Source of the DNA: Candidatus Nomurabacteria bacterium
GTDB taxonomy: Bacteria > Patescibacteriota > Dojkabacteria > SC72 > JAHDCA01
DNA: 64,000 nt
Assembly (NCBI GenBank): GCA_020632375.1
Contig: JACKFR010000002.1
Span: 51,995-115,994 of the forward strand
Direction: 5' to 3'
Shown: positions 58,732-64,000 of the stretch, piece by piece
Layout: the number at the start of each line of letters is the position of its first letter
Position numbering within the stretch: position 1 is the first letter of the stretch
Made by a program: the position numbers and the translations under genes
The notes under the pieces: generated by a model
What the model saw: only the letters and a program-made list of their open reading frames with translations
The model's database searches: none
What the model was told of the DNA's origin: nothing

Positions 58732-61347
58732 ATGAAGAAAACTCCTATGATGCAGCAATATGTAAGCTTTAAACGCCAGTACCCTGACAAGCTTGTGCTT
58801 TTTAGGATGGGCGATTTTTATGAGACTTTTGGCGAAGATGCAAAGCTCGCATCTAAAATTCTAAATATTACTCTGACGACCAGAGATAAAACAACTGACC
58901 CCACCCCTCTTGCCGGTTTTCCTCACCACGCATTAGACCAATATTTACCCAAAATTATAGAAGGAGGTTACTGTGCTGTAGTTGTTGAGCAGCTCGAAGA
59001 TCCAAAGCTGGCAAAGGGTGTTGTTAAGCGTGGCGTAACCAGAATTGTGACTCCGGGAACTTTGGATGGAGATCTTGCAGATTCCAATAAGAATCCCTAT
59101 CTTCTAGCTGTTTACAAAGATAAGTCAAATCTAGGTGCAGCATTGGTCGATCTTTCAACAGGTTTGTTTAAAGTAACCTCAAGCACATTTTCTCAAGATT
59201 TTATTGAATCTCTCCTTAGTTCTTATGATCCTTGTGAAATTTTGCTCTCTTCAGATGAAGAAAACGTTTCTGTACAGTCTATTCCTGTTCAGATTGTTGA
59301 CTCTTCGGTTCTTAAAGGAGATCTTTCAGTCAAGAGAATCTTAGACTTCTATAAAGTTAAAAGTTTAGATTCTTTAGCACTGGAAAATGATAAAGCTAAG
59401 GTAAATGCGATTAGTATGGTGCTTTACTATATTGAAGATACACAAAAAATGAAACCGGAGCATTTGGATCGTCCTGCTATGTTCAAAAGAGATGGGACAA
59501 TGGTTCTAGATCGTGCAACAATTCGGAATCTTGATCTTGTCCAAAATTCATTTACAGGGTCTGTAAAAAATTCTCTTATTGATATTTTAGATCAAGCACG
59601 AACTCCAATGGGCCGGAGGATGCTTTACCAATGGATTCTCAACCCATTAGTTAACAAAAAAGATATAGATAAGAGACTTTCTATTGTTGAGGCTTTTTAT
59701 AGGGATAATGGGCTTTTGGCTTCTTGCAGATCTCTTCTCGACGATATTAATGATATAGATAGAATTGTCGGAAGAATAGGCTTAAATCGTGCGAATGCAA
59801 GAGATTTAAAAGCACTTCAAGCTTCGTTAATAAGAGTCTCTGAGCTTACCAAGCTGATCAAGTCAAATAAGCAATTAAAATCAGCCTTCGATTTTTCAAG
59901 ACTTTTCGATAAAAGCGTTTCGGATAATCTTGGAGAGTCGATTGAAATGATCGAAAAAGCAGTCCATGACTCCCCTCCTCTTTCAATAACTGAAGGTGGA
60001 ATTATAAGATCCGGATATAGCGGAGAAGTAGATGAGTTAAGAAGGTTGTCTGGTAATAGTAAAGCTTGGGTAAAAGAATTTATTGCTGAAGAGAAGGAAA
60101 AAACTAAGATCCCAACTTTAAAGATCGGATTTAATAAAGTCTTTGGATACTATATTGAAGTTACGAAAGCCCATCAAAATAAAGTACCTGAAAATTATAT
60201 CCGCAAGCAAACACTTGTAAATTCTGAAAGATATATAACTGAAGACCTTAAGAAAAAAGAAGAGATTATTCTTGGAGCTGAAGCAAAGCTTTCGGAGCTC
60301 GAATACAGAATATTTCAAGAGCTTCGAGTAAGTATTCTGAAATATATTCCAAACTTAAAAATAGTTGGGTCAAAAGTAGCAGAATTAGATGTGCTTTCTA
60401 ATTTTGCGTTTGTTTCAAGGAATAATATTTATGTAAAACCCGAGATTAAAAATTTCGCCGAAGATGGAGGCAAAATTGAAATCCTAGGAGGTCGACATCC
60501 GGTAATCGAGCAGCTTAGCGAGGAAGACTTTGTTTCGAATGATGTCCGTCTAAGGATTGATAAAAGTCGAATGTGCATAATTACCGGCCCAAACATGTCC
60601 GGGAAATCTACGTTTATTCGCCAAGTTGCTCTGATTGTATTGATGGCTCAGATAGGATGTTTCGTTCCTGCTGATTCCGCAAAGATTACTCTCACTGATA
60701 GAATCTTTTCGCGTGTAGGAGCCGCAGACAATCTTGCCCAAGGACGCAGTACTTTTATGGTTGAGATGGAAGAGGCAGCAAATATTTTGAATAATGCTAC
60801 TGAGAACAGCTTGATAATTCTCGATGAAGTCGGCCGCGGAACAAGCACTTATGACGGTGTCAGTATTGCCTGGGCATTGTCTGAATATCTTATTAGAGTT
60901 ATTAAGGCTAGAACTCTTTTTGCCACGCATTACCATGAGCTTCTTGAACTTGAAACAGAACATCCTGATGCCGTGAAGAACTACAATGTATATGTTAAAG
61001 AAAACGATGACGAGGTGGTTTTCTTACGCAAGATTGTGGAAGGCGGAACAGATAAAAGCTATGGCATTCATGTAGGGAAAATGGCGGGGCTGCCTGAGAT
61101 GGTTACTGAGCGTGCTAGCGAGATACTTAAAACTCTTGAAGAAAAAAAGAATCAGTCTGGAGATGCAGTTGACCGTCATAAACAGGTTAAAAAATCTTAT
61201 GAAAATGAGTTTTCTTCTAGCCAGCTAACAATGTATGAACAGTTTGATTCAGAGGTTCGCAGGATTGTCTCTGAGGTTGAATTAGAAAAGATTACTCCTA
61301 TAGAAGCTCTAAATCTTCTTGTTGATATAAAGAATCGACTCAGCTAG
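58732..61347 (+). CDS. mutS: DNA mismatch repair protein MutS
   Basis: 871 aa. N-terminal MutS_I (TPMMQQY), Walker A GPNMSGKSTFIRQ, and STFMVEMEE. Confidence 0.9.
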   Translation: MKKTPMMQQYVSFKRQYPDKLVLFRMGDFYETFGEDAKLASKILNITLTTRDKTTDPTPLAGFPHHALDQYLPKIIEGGYCAVVVEQLEDPKLAKGVVKRGVTRIVTPGTLDGDLADSNKNPYLLAVYKDKSNLGAALVDLSTGLFKVTSSTFSQDFIESLLSSYDPCEILLSSDEENVSVQSIPVQIVDSSVLKGDLSVKRILDFYKVKSLDSLALENDKAKVNAISMVLYYIEDTQKMKPEHLDRPAMFKRDGTMVLDRATIRNLDLVQNSFTGSVKNSLIDILDQARTPMGRRMLYQWILNPLVNKKDIDKRLSIVEAFYRDNGLLASCRSLLDDINDIDRIVGRIGLNRANARDLKALQASLIRVSELTKLIKSNKQLKSAFDFSRLFDKSVSDNLGESIEMIEKAVHDSPPLSITEGGIIRSGYSGEVDELRRLSGNSKAWVKEFIAEEKEKTKIPTLKIGFNKVFGYYIEVTKAHQNKVPENYIRKQTLVNSERYITEDLKKKEEIILGAEAKLSELEYRIFQELRVSILKYIPNLKIVGSKVAELDVLSNFAFVSRNNIYVKPEIKNFAEDGGKIEILGGRHPVIEQLSEEDFVSNDVRLRIDKSRMCIITGPNMSGKSTFIRQVALIVLMAQIGCFVPADSAKITLTDRIFSRVGAADNLAQGRSTFMVEMEEAANILNNATENSLIILDEVGRGTSTYDGVSIAWALSEYLIRVIKARTLFATHYHELLELETEHPDAVKNYNVYVKENDDEVVFLRKIVEGGTDKSYGIHVGKMAGLPEMVTERASEILKTLEEKKNQSGDAVDRHKQVKKSYENEFSSSQLTMYEQFDSEVRRIVSEVELEKITPIEALNLLVDIKNRLS

Positions 61348-62036
61348 ATTGCAATAAAGTACCCTTGTCCGTGCCTGTTTTGGATTAATTTATAGCCGGT
61401 TTGGGTCTCAATTTTATCTCTCAGTCTCTTTATCGAGACTCTGAGTGAATTATAGCTTACAAAACGACCTTTTCTTGCCGTCATTACTCTAATAATTTCT
61501 TCATTCGGTAACTCATAACCAGGATTAGCTAGCAAAATTTCACATAAGTAAAATTCATTTCTTGTTAATTTGACAAGGCTATCGCCTATCTTTATAGCTT
61601 TCCTGACGGTATAGAGCTCAAGATTCTGGTGTCTTACTACTTGCTCTTCAGTTGACCGTATTAAATTTAGGAGCCTCATCATTCTTACTTTTAGTTCTTC
61701 GGGGTGAAAAGGCTTGCTTATGTAGTCGTCAGCGCCTGCTTCAAAGCTTTGAATTCTGTCTTGTATACTCTTCCCCTGTGATAAAACAATTACTTTGGGT
61801 TTATCTATTGCCTGATCGGAGGCATATTTACATATTTCTCGGCCATTTCCATCCGGGAGGCTGAGTTCGGTCGATACTAAGTCGAAATGTTTTCTCTCAA
61901 GCAGTGAGAGTGCCTCAGAAAGGCTCGATGCAGTGTATATATCGAGTCGGTCTTCACTTGAATAAATTGACACAAGTAATCCCAGTACAGCTTTGTTGCT
62001 ATCGACAAAAAGAACAGTTTTTTTCTGAAAATTCAT
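61344..62036 (-). CDS. OmpR-family response regulator (REC + winged-helix) with Glu at the phospho-acceptor position.
   Basis: 230 aa. Has FDLVSTELSLPDGNG where DLVLLDLMLP is expected, so E57 replaces the Asp (codon at 61866-61868). Thr/Ser (VIVLSQG) and Lys (DYISKPF) are retained. The C-terminal trans_reg_C domain has YELPNEE...LRVSIKRLRDKI. Confidence 0.75.
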   Translation of the reverse strand: MNFQKKTVLFVDSNKAVLGLLVSIYSSEDRLDIYTASSLSEALSLLERKHFDLVSTELSLPDGNGREICKYASDQAIDKPKVIVLSQGKSIQDRIQSFEAGADDYISKPFHPEELKVRMMRLLNLIRSTEEQVVRHQNLELYTVRKAIKIGDSLVKLTRNEFYLCEILLANPGYELPNEEIIRVMTARKGRFVSYNSLRVSIKRLRDKIETQTGYKLIQNRHGQGYFIAI

Positions 62037-62157
62037 GCTCTACTATAGCTTACACATTCTGACCGAATCTTTTCTTTTGTGTTTCATCTCTTTTACTATG
62101 TTACTTTCTTGCAGTAGAGATGGTATATTATCTATTAATAAAGTTAGCTTTTACCTA

Positions 62158-62613
62158 ATGCCTAATCGTGAGGGTACTCCCACCCTGACCCGCTCGACAA
62201 AGAATAAATTGATCGCTGGTGTTGCTGGAGGACTTGGTGAACACTTTTCTGTCGATCCGCTTATTTTCAGAATTCTCTTCTTGGTTCTTGCTTTTAGTAA
62301 CTTCCCGGCGGTTATTGTTTATTTAGCTTTGTGGGTTTTAATACCAATAGAAAACTCGCATAAAAGAGATTTCGATAAAGCCGTTAAAGAGACTATTGAT
62401 GAGATGACCGATACTGCAAAGAATCTTGGTAACGATGTTAGGCAATCAGCAAACTCATCAGAAAGCCGTATACTACTCGGAGTGATGGCTATTCTTGCAA
62501 CCGCATATTGGTTTCGGGCATTTGATTGGTTCCATAACTTTTGTAGCTGGGATATGTTCTTTGCAGCGATGTTGATTATTTTAGGAATAATTTTAATCTT
62601 TAAAAAGTCGTGA
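62158..62613 (+). CDS. PspC-domain membrane protein.
   Basis: Has TRSTKNKLIAGVAGGLGEHFSVDPLIFRILFLVLA. The track ORF start at 62035 would overlap the divergent regulator, so the ATG near 62158 is preferred. Confidence 0.55.
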   Translation: MPNREGTPTLTRSTKNKLIAGVAGGLGEHFSVDPLIFRILFLVLAFSNFPAVIVYLALWVLIPIENSHKRDFDKAVKETIDEMTDTAKNLGNDVRQSANSSESRILLGVMAILATAYWFRAFDWFHNFCSWDMFFAAMLIILGIILIFKKS

Positions 62614-63818
62614 ACGAGAATAAGAATAAAACAGTTAAGGGTGGTAGTCCGGCAGAAGCTTCGGCAAAGAAGACTGTCCGCAAAAAAGAACGCACTAATG
62701 ATTCTTCAGAAAGCCCTGATGTAATGAAAGAATCTGATTTAAATGATCAGATCCTCTGTAAAAAACAATCCAACTGGGGGTATGGTCGATACTCTTTCGC
62801 AGTTTTATTGATTGTTTTTGGCTTTATTCTACTTCTCAATAATGTCGGATTGTTGCCTTGGGAAATCTGGGATCAAGTCTGGAAGCTGTGGCCAATTGCC
62901 TGGATAGTTCTAGGTTTACATTGGATCTTGGGTAAATCTCTTTGGACCAAGATTCTTGTGACTCTAATTACAATCGCATTTACTGGGTATGTCATTGTAA
63001 TAGCCTTTGCTCACTTGTCTTTAAAGTCTGGAACTAATTTTATTAGTTCTGTTGTCGATAAGCTTCCGGCCGGATTGGTACAACTTAAAGAAGATCTGAT
63101 CGCTAATGAGAGTACCATCTTGACAACAGATGATTATGATATCAGTCTTTTAGATAAAGTTTCACTAGATTTAGACGTCAATAGCGGTGAACTTACATTG
63201 GCTGATGGTAGCGAAAGCCGAAATATTCTTCAACTTGATTCTAAGTATTATAAGCATAGAACAGTTCCCGATATTAAAGATCGGCTTGTTGGGAGTACAC
63301 TAGATTTTAGTCTTAAGAGTCAAAATAAGAACGCTTTCAATTTTTCAATAAATCAGATTCCTCAGTATGACTTACTGCTTGGGCAAACTGAAATCCCGTA
63401 TGGGATCTATCTAAACATTAACTCTGGCAGTGCAGAGATTGACTTAGAAAAGGTGTTATTAGACGAATTCAATGCAGATATTTCTTCGGGATCTCTTAAT
63501 GCAAAGTTTGGCTCAAATAGCATACCATCTTCATTTAATGTTGAAGTAGGTAGTGGGAGTTCTCTAATTGATTTAACTGATATTGATATGAGTCTAGATA
63601 AGCTTGATATATCTGTACGGTCTGGAACAGTTAGAGTATATCTTCCGTCAGATGCTGGATATCAGATCAATTACGATATTGGATCCGGAATAATGAAAGC
63701 AGACAGCAAAAGCTTTTTAGACACTGGGACGTATACGTCTAAAAACTATCAGAAGGCAGACGTTTCAATTAATCTAACTATTCGTGTAAGGTCGGGGCTA
63801 GCAGTTATAGAACAGTAA
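62610..63818 (+). CDS. LiaF/LiaG-like membrane protein with a DUF4097 beta-helical repeat domain.
   Basis: 402 aa. GTG start overlapping the PspC stop. N-terminal 2-3 TM. C-terminal repeats (INSGSAEIDL, ISSGSLNAKF, VGSGSSLIDL, VRSGTVRVYL, IGSGIMKADS, VRSGLAVIEQ). Confidence 0.55.
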   Translation: MNENKNKTVKGGSPAEASAKKTVRKKERTNDSSESPDVMKESDLNDQILCKKQSNWGYGRYSFAVLLIVFGFILLLNNVGLLPWEIWDQVWKLWPIAWIVLGLHWILGKSLWTKILVTLITIAFTGYVIVIAFAHLSLKSGTNFISSVVDKLPAGLVQLKEDLIANESTILTTDDYDISLLDKVSLDLDVNSGELTLADGSESRNILQLDSKYYKHRTVPDIKDRLVGSTLDFSLKSQNKNAFNFSINQIPQYDLLLGQTEIPYGIYLNINSGSAEIDLEKVLLDEFNADISSGSLNAKFGSNSIPSSFNVEVGSGSSLIDLTDIDMSLDKLDISVRSGTVRVYLPSDAGYQINYDIGSGIMKADSKSFLDTGTYTSKNYQKADVSINLTIRVRSGLAVIEQ

Positions 63819-63824
63819 AAAGTA

Positions 63825-64000
63825 TTATTCGGTTGAAAGAGACTTTTGACGTTTGATGATCTCTGAATACTTTTTTGTGCTTTGACGAACTTTTCTTTTC
63901 TGGGTTTTGAAGTCAACTTCGATTAAGCCAAATCGAGGCCAGAATCCTTTATCCCATTCAAAGTTGTCTAGAAGTGACCAGTGAAGATATCCCTTGATAT
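63825..64000 (-). CDS. Glycoside hydrolase family 1 (beta-glucosidase-like). Only the C-terminal fragment is present; the 5' end is cut by the window edge.
   Basis: Reverse-strand translation gives [57 protein letters not shown]...RFGLxxVD is the GH1 C-terminal signature. Confidence 0.7.
   Translation of the reverse strand, partial: IKGYLHWSLLDNFEWDKGFWPRFGLIEVDFKTQKRKVRQSTKKYSEIIKRQKSLSTE

Overview
This 64-kb window is a low-GC (about 37-40%) bacterial chromosome segment with tightly packed, often overlapping genes and almost no Shine-Dalgarno sequences. This is most consistent with a Candidate Phyla Radiation (CPR)/Patescibacteria-type, Gram-positive-like organism. Standard genetic code is in use, because TGA terminates many long ORFs. 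Gene content in order: (1) a cell-surface glycan cluster at 1-6559 with a polytopic membrane protein, two GT4 glycosyltransferases and a 957-aa GT-C-like membrane protein; (2) a roughly 1.6-kb GC-rich island at about 6560-8200 carrying a secreted GGPAAPP-repeat protein with a perfect SD and long G/C homopolymers, abutting a frameshifted SAM-methyltransferase; (3) small sortase-substrate-like proteins plus a VanY-sortase operon; (4) gyrA, a membrane protein and gyrB, then a holB-like gene and a Pif1/RecD-like helicase; (5) an 18-kb secretin-less type IV pilus locus with pilB, pilT (with a roughly 500-aa acidic N-terminal extension), pilC, two pilA paralogs, pilD, four minor pilins, a CheY-like regulator, a 1102-aa Cys-rich secreted protein and pilMNO; (6) rpsP with a KH-domain gene, rnc, nusB and rpmF; (7) a membrane-anchored ClpA/B-like AAA+ ATPase; (8) ybaK-like, dus, tRNA-Val(GAC), clpP and tig; (9) a second sortase divergent from an Ig-repeat substrate; (10) DUF2085, an AI-2E permease, a PpsA-like protein with Asp at the phospho-His position, mutS, an atypical OmpR regulator with Glu at the phospho-acceptor site, PspC and LiaF-like genes, and a GH1 beta-glucosidase fragment at the right edge. 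No CRISPR array, rRNA or mobile-element gene was seen. Coordinates read by hand from the sequence may be off by 1 nt.
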